Sequence record: MW825358.1
DNA length: 64,000 bases
Reading direction: 5' to 3' (one strand)
This document shows, one piece after another, positions 45,668 through 53,982 of the stretch (position 1 is the stretch's first letter; each line of letters opens with the position of its first letter). The position numbers and the translations under genes are program-made. The notes under the pieces were generated by a model that did no database searches, had not been told where the DNA came from, and worked only from the letters and a program-made list of their open reading frames with translations.

Positions 45668-45753
45668 CCGACATAGCCCCTCCCCGTTTCCGGGGAGGGG
45701 CGTCTATGCTGGTTGTTCTTTTTCAAAGGGTCGATTCAAAAGAAACTCAGACC

Positions 45754-45768
45754 TATAGTACCATAGTG
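45754..45768 (+). promoter_or_regulatory. Putative phage-RNAP promoter box
   Basis: AGACC-TATAGTAC-CAT-AGTG with AAAAGAAA upstream. Confidence 0.6.
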
Positions 45769-45820
45769 AACACTGACACAAATCAATTATCTTTCCCACC
45801 CTCTGATAGACTAAACGGTC

Positions 45821-46180
45821 ATGATCAAAGTCCTTTCCAAATCTCACTCTGTCAAGATGACACAAAACCACAAGGAAGCGCTGGAGGTCATGACCTATGT
45901 CGATGACAGCGACGCTATCCCACGTACGTTGAACCGTCTGCGTAACAAGGAACTTTACTACGCCGATGGTCGGGCGTACGAGAAGCTCCTTGGGATGCCA
46001 GTCTACCTGCGCAAGGTCAAACCTTTCAATCGCGTGTTTGTCCAAGCTCCTAACGGAACTTGGGTGGACGTAACGGAAGCGACCTACCAGGAACTGCATA
46101 ACGTAGCAGTTGGAGAACTAGGCGTTCCTGTGATCGGCGAAAGTTGGTGGGGACGTGTGGTTCGTGCTTTACATTTCTAA
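45821..46180 (+). CDS. Hypothetical protein
   Basis: 119-aa ORF. Confidence 0.65.
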   Translation: MIKVLSKSHSVKMTQNHKEALEVMTYVDDSDAIPRTLNRLRNKELYYADGRAYEKLLGMPVYLRKVKPFNRVFVQAPNGTWVDVTEATYQELHNVAVGELGVPVIGESWWGRVVRALHF

Positions 46181-46195
46181 ACAAAGGAGCTTTAA

Positions 46196-46600
46196 ATGAA
46201 CCGCATCACTATCGACAAGATCCTTAGCGAGATCGATAAGGGTGGAGACTACAGCGCTGTAGATACGGCTGTACTCGAACAGGAACTGCGTAAGCTCATG
46301 AACTTCATGAAAGTACGGGATCGCTATATCGTCCTTAAGTACTTCGGTCCGGCTGATGATCGTCTTACGTTGAAACGGCTTGGCGCTATCTTTGGCTTGT
46401 CCGTTACCAGCATTGCAACGTTTCGAAATCGAAGCTTACGCCGTATGAGCCATCCTGCTCGAAGTGAGGCGCTTTTCAGCCTGGCTGCTCGGGTGGAGAA
46501 AGTCGATGTACCTGAACTTGAATTTACCCGACCAGAAAAACCTATGTTCCTGCTCACTCGGAGGGCCCTTGCTCGTGCCGAAAGACTCAAACAAAACTGA
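46196..46600 (+). CDS. Stand-alone sigma70 region-4-like protein
   Basis: RDRYIVLKYFG...TLKRLGAIFG...RSLRRMSHPARSEAL parallels RpoD region 4; AAGGAG RBS. Confidence 0.8.
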   Translation: MNRITIDKILSEIDKGGDYSAVDTAVLEQELRKLMNFMKVRDRYIVLKYFGPADDRLTLKRLGAIFGLSVTSIATFRNRSLRRMSHPARSEALFSLAARVEKVDVPELEFTRPEKPMFLLTRRALARAERLKQN

Positions 46601-46734
46601 AGACTTCAAGTTCGAATGTGCCTCCACCGGTCATGCCGGTGCGGACTTTCTCCTCGGACTGTTCGGCTGTGTGGCCGAGGCAGTCATCAACACCGGTCTG
46701 GAACGCAACCGCCAGGCCCAACAGGAAACCTCAA

Positions 46735-47058
46735 ATGACGAGTCCTGATACACCCTACCCGATCGTGACCCCGGCTCTGGCCAAGGATCTGCATCGGTTC
46801 AAGCAAGTGATGTCCAGCGAGCAAGACCGCTGGCTCAAGCACCTGAACACCGCCATCGTTCAGCTGGTGATGTTGAACGGCTTTACCGGACTGGTCCAAC
46901 CGCCCCTGGTCGTGCGCAGGCAACTGTCCACAGAGTTCATCGAAGGGCTGGCTGAGTGCCTGCGCCGAGATGGCGGTTGGACGGTCTCCTGGGTCTTAGA
47001 TGACCGCAGTGCCACCAACTTCGAATACCGCTACATCTTCTCCCTCTCAGCACCATAG
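46735..47058 (+). CDS. Hypothetical protein
   Basis: AGGA RBS. Confidence 0.65.
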   Translation: MTSPDTPYPIVTPALAKDLHRFKQVMSSEQDRWLKHLNTAIVQLVMLNGFTGLVQPPLVVRRQLSTEFIEGLAECLRRDGGWTVSWVLDDRSATNFEYRYIFSLSAP

Positions 47059-47097
47059 CCCATCCACCTTCTGCTCACTATTAATAGGAGATCTCCC

Positions 47098-47382
47098 ATG
47101 GCCGCACGTCTGATGACGCAGCTGTCTGTCAATGCCGTTTCCAAGTTCCACGCCACCACCATTGGCGATACGATCGATGTCATGCACATCGAACAGCTCA
47201 ATCGCGTCGAGCAAGATGTGCCGTTCAAGGCGATCTTCAACCACGCCCCGGCCGTGGGGATCATGACCGCTCGCGGTCTGGCCCTGGTCTATGCAGATGT
47301 GCGTCGCGGTAAGGTCTATGGTGACCTGGACGCCAGCTGCTCGTGGGATGCGATGGAACGTATCCAGCAATCGCTCAACTAA
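47098..47382 (+). CDS. Hypothetical protein
   Basis: AGGAGA RBS. Confidence 0.75.
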   Translation: MAARLMTQLSVNAVSKFHATTIGDTIDVMHIEQLNRVEQDVPFKAIFNHAPAVGIMTARGLALVYADVRRGKVYGDLDASCSWDAMERIQQSLN

Positions 47383-47473
47383 GAGCTTAAACCTAGCGCC
47401 TTGGCAACAGGGCGTTACAATGTAAGCTTTTCAAATCCACCACCCAACACCACTTTCCACAAGGAGCGTTACC

Positions 47474-47791
47474 ATGAACCTGTTCACTTCCGCTGACATG
47501 TATTTCGCCGCTTGCTTTGCCTTTGCCACCGTGCTGTGCAGCCTCGGCCTGATGTCCTCCACCAACAAGCTGGCCCGGGCGGTCTATGCCTCCCAGCTGC
47601 GTAGCAACATCATTAACGGCTTTGCCCAGCTGATCACTTTCGTGGTTCTGCTGGCTCTGGCCGCCACTTTCCACATCATGGACTTTGTCTACAGCGCCGC
47701 CGCCCTGGTGGCGATGGCCGTGCTGGTGACCTTCCTGCTGCGCCGCCACAGTCTGCATGCGCAGACCAAGCTGCGCCGTCTGGGTTACTAA
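47474..47791 (+). CDS. Multi-TM membrane protein
   Basis: AAGGAG RBS; three hydrophobic helices. Confidence 0.75.
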   Translation: MNLFTSADMYFAACFAFATVLCSLGLMSSTNKLARAVYASQLRSNIINGFAQLITFVVLLALAATFHIMDFVYSAAALVAMAVLVTFLLRRHSLHAQTKLRRLGY

Positions 47792-47900
47792 GACACACCT
47801 TCAGCCCCTGGCCTCTTCGGAGGCCAGGGGCTTATGGCCGGATCTTTTTCTTTTGAGCTATGGTATAGAAACGGCAGTATCCTCGCAACGGAGTCCTGTA

Positions 47901-48578
47901 ATGCCTACCATTGATCTCACCAAATTACTCAAGCTGCTCTTGAACCCCAAGAGTTGGCTGTACATCCTCGGTCTTGTTGTCGTGTTAGTGGTGGCTTACA
48001 AGGGCTACAACTGGGTTTATGACCGCGGCGCTGCGGCTAAGGAAAAAGAACTAATTGCCCTTGTCAACAGCAAAGAAGCTGAGCGCAAGGAGGCGGTGGA
48101 TAACTATAACCGCTATAAGGGCGAGTACGATGCTTGGGTGGGTAATACCAAGAAAGCCCAAGAGCAGTACCTGAAAGAACAACTGGCCGATCTGGCCGAG
48201 CGTCAGCGCCGGCTGGAAGAGGCTGAGAAAGCTGCCCGCAACAAACCTACCACGATCAAAGAGGTGATCAAATATGTTCCGGCCGAAGTGGATGCTACTT
48301 ATCGCCTTCCTGTTGGTCTTGTGCGGTTGTACGGGGAAACTCTGCAAGGACAACCCGCCCCCGGTTCCAGCGCTGAGCTTTCCGGAGGCAACGCCATCAA
48401 TGTTGGCGCCCCGTCCGGTCTTGCGGTGTCCCAATTCGGATACATCGCAGCTTTCAACAACGCCGAATGTGTCGTGCGTGGAGAAGTGATTGCCGAGTGG
48501 CAGGACTGGTATCGAGTTAACAAAGCTAAGTTTGACAAGATTCAAGCTGAGCAAAAGGCCAACGGTCCTACCCCGTAA
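47901..48578 (+). CDS. Inner-membrane spanin (Rz-like)
   Basis: N-terminal TM, long coiled coil, embedded lipoprotein ORF. Confidence 0.7.
   Translation: MPTIDLTKLLKLLLNPKSWLYILGLVVVLVVAYKGYNWVYDRGAAAKEKELIALVNSKEAERKEAVDNYNRYKGEYDAWVGNTKKAQEQYLKEQLADLAERQRRLEEAEKAARNKPTTIKEVIKYVPAEVDATYRLPVGLVRLYGETLQGQPAPGSSAELSGGNAINVGAPSGLAVSQFGYIAAFNNAECVVRGEVIAEWQDWYRVNKAKFDKIQAEQKANGPTP
48274..48489 (+). CDS. Outer-membrane lipoprotein spanin (Rz1-like), embedded in another frame
   Basis: GAGGTG RBS; signal peptide with LVLCG-C lipobox; Pro-rich mature part. Confidence 0.7.
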   Translation: MFRPKWMLLIAFLLVLCGCTGKLCKDNPPPVPALSFPEATPSMLAPRPVLRCPNSDTSQLSTTPNVSCVEK

Positions 48579-48665
48579 AACGCATATAGCCCCTGCCGTA
48601 AAAAACGGCAGGGGTCTTATGTTGTGAAGTAGTTTCTCTTTACGCAGCACAACTGGGGATTCACC

Positions 48666-49373
48666 GTGGAACGCATCGAAGCCGAAGCCAAGCTCAAACA
48701 CTACCACGCCGACTACGGCGACTGGGTGTATACGACCAATCCGCAAGCGGCCCGTCAGCGTGCTGTGGAGTACCGCAACGATGCCATGGACATTGCCCTG
48801 GATAATCAATCTGAGCGGCGCTTGAAACTGCTGGTCAAGGCCGTGCATTACGATGCGGTGGCTGACTGTCTAGAGACCTTGGGTGAGAACGTCCCGGCCG
48901 CACCAGGGGAGCCCTACCCTGAAAACGTGTGCTCCTTAATTGATTTCAAAGAGCGCAAGGCCAGTGAACCGCTGGATATCGAGTTTGTGGGAGAAGGTGA
49001 ATCCTTCGAGCGCGAAGGGGCTGATCCAGATGAGTATTACGAGGACGATGAGCCGGAGATCTTTACCTTGATGCAGCTACGTCATTGCGCCAAGCCGCGT
49101 TTTGCCATTGGCGACCCGGCCTGGATTGCAGACTACGGTGACGTCGAGGTCAAGCCCGGTGATCCAGAACCGCCCGTGGTTGGCTACGTGCCCGTGACCA
49201 TCGTGGGAATGGAACTGTACCCAGATGAGATCTTGTACATGTTTGGCGAGTATGATCAAGAAGATGGTGAGGTCCTGACCAACTTTGAGACTTTGCCAGA
49301 TGAGGCCTTCTTCGTCGAACCGCCAGATATCAAGCCGGTGCGCCCGCGTCCTCAGCTTTCCATCGTACGTTAA
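48666..49373 (+). CDS. Acidic hypothetical protein ending in an SspB-like ClpX-binding tail
   Basis: GTG start; C-terminus RPRPQLSIVR. Confidence 0.7.
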   Translation: MERIEAEAKLKHYHADYGDWVYTTNPQAARQRAVEYRNDAMDIALDNQSERRLKLLVKAVHYDAVADCLETLGENVPAAPGEPYPENVCSLIDFKERKASEPLDIEFVGEGESFEREGADPDEYYEDDEPEIFTLMQLRHCAKPRFAIGDPAWIADYGDVEVKPGDPEPPVVGYVPVTIVGMELYPDEILYMFGEYDQEDGEVLTNFETLPDEAFFVEPPDIKPVRPRPQLSIVR

Positions 49374-49474
49374 TCTAGAGCCCTCCTCGTCAAAGCGGGG
49401 AGGGCTTTATGCCGTTAAACCGTATTTCAGACCCATACTACTCTGATGAAGCCCGCCTACCTATAAGAGTAATT

Positions 49475-49873
49475 ATGCATCCACCCATCTTGTCAAAGGC
49501 TGAAGTCTTGCGTATCCGCCGGGAAGTGTTTCAGCGAAATGAAGCCATCATGGGCGTGTTATCGCGCCGGGCAGCCAAGATCTTGGGGAATACGGCCGCC
49601 CACTACGAGGACATCATCCGTGATTACGTCAATCTCCATAGTCCTGAGGAGATCACGGCGCGTCGTCGGGTCGCAGCGATGACCCAGCTCATCGAGGTCT
49701 TGGAGGAGCACGAGGATCGTGAAGCTGAGATCTACCAGGTCGTTTTAAAAGGTCAAACCCCACTTGAGCGGGTAAGCCTGGTGCGCAAACACTTCGGTAT
49801 GACCGTGGCACCTGCGAGTTTGCTGGTGCGTTTGATGAATCACCTGGACCCCATTGAGCTGCCTGAGGCATAA
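49475..49873 (+). CDS. Hypothetical protein
   Basis: Open frame; start uncertain. Confidence 0.6.
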   Translation: MHPPILSKAEVLRIRREVFQRNEAIMGVLSRRAAKILGNTAAHYEDIIRDYVNLHSPEEITARRRVAAMTQLIEVLEEHEDREAEIYQVVLKGQTPLERVSLVRKHFGMTVAPASLLVRLMNHLDPIELPEA

Positions 49874-49874
49874 A

Positions 49875-49910
49875 CTAGCTGTGCCCTCCTGCAAAGGAGG
49901 GCACAGCTAG
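49875..49910. terminator. Bidirectional hairpin between convergent genes
   Basis: 16-bp stem CTAGCTGTGCCCTCCT-GCAA-AGGAGGGCACAGCTAG. Confidence 0.8.
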
Positions 49911-49929
49911 GCTGGGCATTTTATTTTGC

Positions 49930-50169
49930 TCAACGGGAAAAGCGCTTGCGCGAGGGCTTGACCATCAAGTCCTCCACCGGATAGTTCTCGATAAAGGTGA
50001 CCATTTCACCTTCGGTCTTAAACGAGGCCAACACGACCCCGGTGCGGGTTTTGACCACCCGATGCGGTAACTGACTGGCGGGGGCGTGCTCGATGGTCAG
50101 ATACTTCTTTTTTATCTTGGCATTTTCCTTGGCAAGGGCAATGACACATGGACGTACAGCGGTGGACAT
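49930..50169 (-). CDS. Small basic hypothetical protein
   Basis: 79 aa, converges on the hairpin. Confidence 0.6.
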   Translation of the reverse strand: MSTAVRPCVIALAKENAKIKKKYLTIEHAPASQLPHRVVKTRTGVVLASFKTEGEMVTFIENYPVEDLMVKPSRKRFSR

Positions 50170-50280
50170 GGACGAAAATCCCTGATAGTAAAGCTAAGTG
50201 CTTGGAAAGGTTAGGAAAGTGGTCGAGACAGTACCCCATCTCACATGATGTACGTATTTTTTAACATAGAGAAGTGATGA

Positions 50281-50870
50281 TGTGGTGAAGGCCGGCGAAC
50301 CGATTCAGCTTACAGTTTCGACTGGAGTCTAGTAGCCCGTGGCACCAAGCGCCAGTTCATTCCTTGAACGGTTCGGTGCACTTTCTTGATATCTCCCACG
50401 CCAGTCCTTTTGAGGGCTCAGGCTGCACGACGCTACGTCGAATCCTAGGCAGACTCAGCGTCTGTCTCTTGAGAAAGTGCACCACTTCTTCGTGTTGAGA
50501 GTTTTCCCTCAGGCCGTTTTCCGGTCCGTCGCTAACTCTTTACAAAGCACTGCCGGACTTACGGTGTACCGGATCTCCAGTGCCTAGTTGGATAGCCACC
50601 CTGTGCGAAAGGGCATGCCTATCTGAAACCGTGTGTTCACCTATCGCAAGGTGGAAAGTTGTACGCGGCTTGTAGAACCTCGTAAGCTAGTCCAACAGGG
50701 CAGCGTTCGGGAAAGGCAGGATGTGGTGGACGCGTAAGCGACCGCAGTTCTGCTCGCCCGTGAAGCGAGTCAAAGTTTAGCAGCGTTACGTGTGCAGCCT
50801 ACAATGGCTTCTCTCGACGGAAGTGCACCTGTCCAGTTGAGGTCATTGTGGGAAGTGCAGGTAGGAAAGG
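50281..50870 (+). ncRNA. Candidate large structured ncRNA
   Basis: About 600 nt with no ORF in the track; many helices, UUCG and GNRA loops, a long-range pairing. Confidence 0.6.
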
Positions 50871-50934
50871 GGTGTGAGAGCCAGGGCTGGGCGGCCCTGG
50901 CTCTTATGCTGTCGATTCGTATAGGTTTGAAACC

Positions 50935-50949
50935 TGTATTATCTCAATG
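50935..50949 (+). promoter_or_regulatory. Putative phage-RNAP promoter box overlapping an ATG
   Basis: AAACC-TGTATTAT-CTC-AATG. Confidence 0.5.
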
Positions 50950-51255
50950 AGCACCACCCTCAGCAAAAGGGCCTTTATGCAGTATTTCGACCAGACCCTG
51001 CCTGTTCCGCGTACCGAAGTTGAAAAGATAAGAATCAATCAGTGGCGCGATGCACAGGCCCAAGGAAGAAAGCTTCACGCCAGCCTTGAGCGCGTTGCCT
51101 TCCATCAACACCTTACCATCCCAGGTCTTCAAACCGGACAGTGGTATCCTTTGTTGTTGACTGAGCTAGATCTGGTTGAACTGATTGTGGAAGGCAAGAC
51201 GTATATCCTGTCCTACCTCTATATCACCCGTTTCTTTAAGGTCGAGGTCCGGTAA
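50947..51255 (+). CDS. Hypothetical protein
   Basis: 102-aa ORF. Confidence 0.6.
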   Translation: MSTTLSKRAFMQYFDQTLPVPRTEVEKIRINQWRDAQAQGRKLHASLERVAFHQHLTIPGLQTGQWYPLLLTELDLVELIVEGKTYILSYLYITRFFKVEVR

Positions 51256-51319
51256 AGTCTTTTTTAACACACCAGGTAAATGGAGTGAGAGCCATGGCGG
51301 CTTGACCCTACCCTGGAGA

Positions 51320-51574
51320 ATGATCGTGTCAGAACAACCGGTTTCAAAACTGGAACTTTACAAAGTCCACATCACCTTAAGCTTACGTGCTCGTTTTAAT
51401 GGCGATAACGTTGAAGAAACGCGTCAACTAGAAACCATGGATGATTTGTGGTATGACATGACATCATCTGAACGTGCAGCTATCGTCCCTTGGATAGGTG
51501 AATACCTGCGCCCGCATATGGAAACTGGTGGTAAGATGCGGTCCTTGCCGCCTGAGTACACCCCCAACTCGTGA
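51320..51574 (+). CDS. Hypothetical protein
   Basis: GGAGA RBS. Confidence 0.6.
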   Translation: MIVSEQPVSKLELYKVHITLSLRARFNGDNVEETRQLETMDDLWYDMTSSERAAIVPWIGEYLRPHMETGGKMRSLPPEYTPNS

Positions 51575-51581
51575 GTATGAA

Positions 51582-52148
51582 ATGATCGTTCTCCCCAAGC
51601 CCGCCAGCTTCACCGAAAGCTACTTCGTACACCTTATCTACGCACTCATTGGTTGGATTGAAAGCAACGGCTTTGATCCGTATCTGACGGTCGATACCAC
51701 CGCACCGGGGCTGAAGCTTCCGGAGCACATGTTCAAAGATCCGATCGCTTCTCTCAATATGGCCGGCCGTGCCATCCGGAACCTGACGATCACGGAAACC
51801 GAAATTGCTTTTAACACACGGTTTAGTGGCAAAGACTTTCGTGTGGTGGTACCTATCCCAGCCACCAAGATCTTGTGGGCCAATGGCTCACCTGAGACAG
51901 TGGGTTGGCCTGTTCCCCATCTCAACACGATTTGCCATTGCAAGCCGGTGATGGACGAACAAGGTGAAGTGAGGCTGGTGGAAGAGGACAAGCTTCCGCC
52001 ACCACCGCCGGACACAGTGGTCCCCACCCAGACGCATGCGTTCAGTGCAGATGCTGTGCAGCCTAGCCAGTCCAGCGCACCTGTAGTGCCCACCGCCTCG
52101 GTCAGCAGTATGGCCGACTTCCGTGCCCGCCGTAAGCCCAGCAGCTAA
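51582..52148 (+). CDS. sspB: SspB (ClpXP adaptor) homologue
   Basis: LIYALIGWIESNGFDPYLTVD..PG...SLNMAGRAIRNL....IAFNTRFSG matches the SspB core; disordered tail. Confidence 0.85.
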   Translation: MIVLPKPASFTESYFVHLIYALIGWIESNGFDPYLTVDTTAPGLKLPEHMFKDPIASLNMAGRAIRNLTITETEIAFNTRFSGKDFRVVVPIPATKILWANGSPETVGWPVPHLNTICHCKPVMDEQGEVRLVEEDKLPPPPPDTVVPTQTHAFSADAVQPSQSSAPVVPTASVSSMADFRARRKPSS

Positions 52149-52151
52149 CCA

Positions 52152-52189
52152 GCATAAAAGCAGGAGCCCCTAGGGGCTCCTGCCTATGC
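52152..52189. terminator. GCATA..hairpin..TATGC element between convergent genes
   Basis: GCAGGAGCCCC-TA-GGGGCTCCTGC. Confidence 0.75.
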
Positions 52190-52195
52190 CGTCTC

Positions 52196-52585
52196 CTACA
52201 AACGTACCATCGTCAGTCCAATGAAGATGAGGTAGGCAAACACGTGGAAAGTGCGCAACAGGCTAATCCACATGAGGTAAATAGGTGGGTCTAGGTCGTA
52301 GAGTTTAATGCGTCGGGCCACACACCCGGCGTTGACATGGACCAGAAAATCCGCTGCTGCAAACGTCATGGCGTAGAGGCAACCTACAAACTTCCCAAAG
52401 ATAAGCCACGTGCCTATCGCACCTATGGCCGCAGCCATCAATACCGCCAAATACCACCGTCGTTCACGGAACATTCGTTGAAACCACCGCGTATGGGCTA
52501 ATCGCTTAACGCCCATGTGCTTCACAGCGCAGCTGATCAGCATCAAGGCAGCTAAAGCCCAAGGTGGCAGCTGCTCAAAGAGCAT
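52196..52585 (-). CDS. Multi-TM membrane protein
   Basis: GGAGAAGG RBS on minus strand; hydrophobic helices. Confidence 0.7.
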   Translation of the reverse strand: MLFEQLPPWALAALMLISCAVKHMGVKRLAHTRWFQRMFRERRWYLAVLMAAAIGAIGTWLIFGKFVGCLYAMTFAAADFLVHVNAGCVARRIKLYDLDPPIYLMWISLLRTFHVFAYLIFIGLTMVRL

Positions 52586-52679
52586 GTCACCTTCTCCTGC
52601 AGCGAGGTCCTTTCCTCATAAGGATGGGTAATTTTTGATATCAACCCCTTATTTCTTGACCTAGAATTCACATCCCACT

Positions 52680-53102
52680 ATGACCAACGAATATACGGAT
52701 CAGCCCCAGTCCCCCAGTCGCGTCTTGGTCGTGGATGATCACACCATGGATTCGAGCGCTTTTACGGAGATCAAACAAAAGGCCGAAGAACAAGGCTTCC
52801 TTGTCGTGGGGGCTTCACAGACGGTAACAGGTAACAGACCTCGCGTGAGTCTCGGTGGAACCTCGAGCTTGATCTTGGCCCTGCTCGATAAATTGTCCAA
52901 GCAGGTCTATGACATCGAGACGATCCAGGACAAGCCTTTCGAGGTCATGGTCGAAACCGCAGAAGAGTTACCTCCGCCGAAGTATCTCAAGCGCGAGCCC
53001 AAGCAAACACCCAAGCACTTCAATCAACACGTTAAGAACAAGATGGGAAGTGCCAAACGGCAGTTCTCCCAGATTCGTCCCCCGCGTCGAGGTGGCAGGT
53101 AA
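52680..53102 (+). CDS. Hypothetical protein with basic C-terminal tail
   Basis: 140 aa. Confidence 0.7.
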   Translation: MTNEYTDQPQSPSRVLVVDDHTMDSSAFTEIKQKAEEQGFLVVGASQTVTGNRPRVSLGGTSSLILALLDKLSKQVYDIETIQDKPFEVMVETAEELPPPKYLKREPKQTPKHFNQHVKNKMGSAKRQFSQIRPPRRGGR

Positions 53103-53329
53103 TGTGTCGTCGCAGTTCCAATGAACATCTCCAAGCTGCTGCCCGTGACTTCCAGATTGTCTGCCTGGTCTTTACGATCGGCATCTTACTTACAGGTCCC
53201 TGGTGGGTAGGCCACTACGAGTGGCGCTATCTCCAGAAAGTCACCTCTATGCCCATGGTGCAAAAGAAGCTCCATGCGCTGTGCCATCAATTGCCACGCT
53301 GCGTGATCCCGAATCTGCAAGGTGCTTAA
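53102..53329 (+). CDS. Small membrane protein
   Basis: TAATG coupling; one TM. Confidence 0.55.
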   Translation: MCRRSSNEHLQAAARDFQIVCLVFTIGILLTGPWWVGHYEWRYLQKVTSMPMVQKKLHALCHQLPRCVIPNLQGA

Positions 53330-53331
53330 AA

Positions 53332-53973
53332 ATGATCCTGATCCAGAATAAAGAATACAACGTGGACGTGCGTCTGTTTGGCAAAGCCCATATCGACAAT
53401 CGTCACCTGAGTACGGATCACACCAGACTCAATACCAATATCGATGTCCCTTATCGCAAGTTTAAAAACGGGATGGGCCTGCCTAAGGTCTTGCATGTAG
53501 AGTCTTTCAAGATCGAAGAAGATCAGGAGCTAACCGGGGCCTATCGCATCGAGTTGGACTACTTCGGCCCGGATTTTCATAGTCGCTCTAAGTTGACCAT
53601 GCTCGACTTGATCGAACAGTATCTCACCTTGGAAGTCCCTCTACCCTTTGCCCAGTGGTTGCAACTGTTGCCTCAGCTCAGCCCCAATGCCACCTTCGAG
53701 GCCCCTGGGTTGTTCATGAATGCCCGCGGCGGGTTACTGCTGGTGTATGTGTGCCGCCGGTTACTGCATGTGACGGTTATTCCCTTGGGGACTTTTCTGC
53801 TGCGTCAAGGTCAGCTGTACACGCTGGAAGAAATCGGCGAACGCATGCTTGCCGATAGTCGTAAACGCCTGCAAGAGGACGAGGAGTTCTTAAGCAAGCT
53901 CAATCCTGACTCCATTCAACTGGGTGAGACGCTAGACCAGTCGCGCCTGTTGTCCTTTGTTCCTCACCGCTAA
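53332..53973 (+). CDS. Hypothetical protein
   Basis: 213-codon ORF. Confidence 0.7.
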   Translation: MILIQNKEYNVDVRLFGKAHIDNRHLSTDHTRLNTNIDVPYRKFKNGMGLPKVLHVESFKIEEDQELTGAYRIELDYFGPDFHSRSKLTMLDLIEQYLTLEVPLPFAQWLQLLPQLSPNATFEAPGLFMNARGGLLLVYVCRRLLHVTVIPLGTFLLRQGQLYTLEEIGERMLADSRKRLQEDEEFLSKLNPDSIQLGETLDQSRLLSFVPHR

Positions 53974-53982
53974 AGAAGACCC

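Noticed and set aside
50460-50815. RNase P RNA (GAGAAAGTGC and ACAATGGCTT resemble CR-I and CR-V)
   Set aside because: The two segments cannot form P4 (needs AAGUCC/GGCUU); other conserved regions are absent.
50820-50880. Group II intron domain V (GGTGTGAGAG)
   Set aside because: No AGC/CGC triad hairpin, no domain VI and no interrupted gene.
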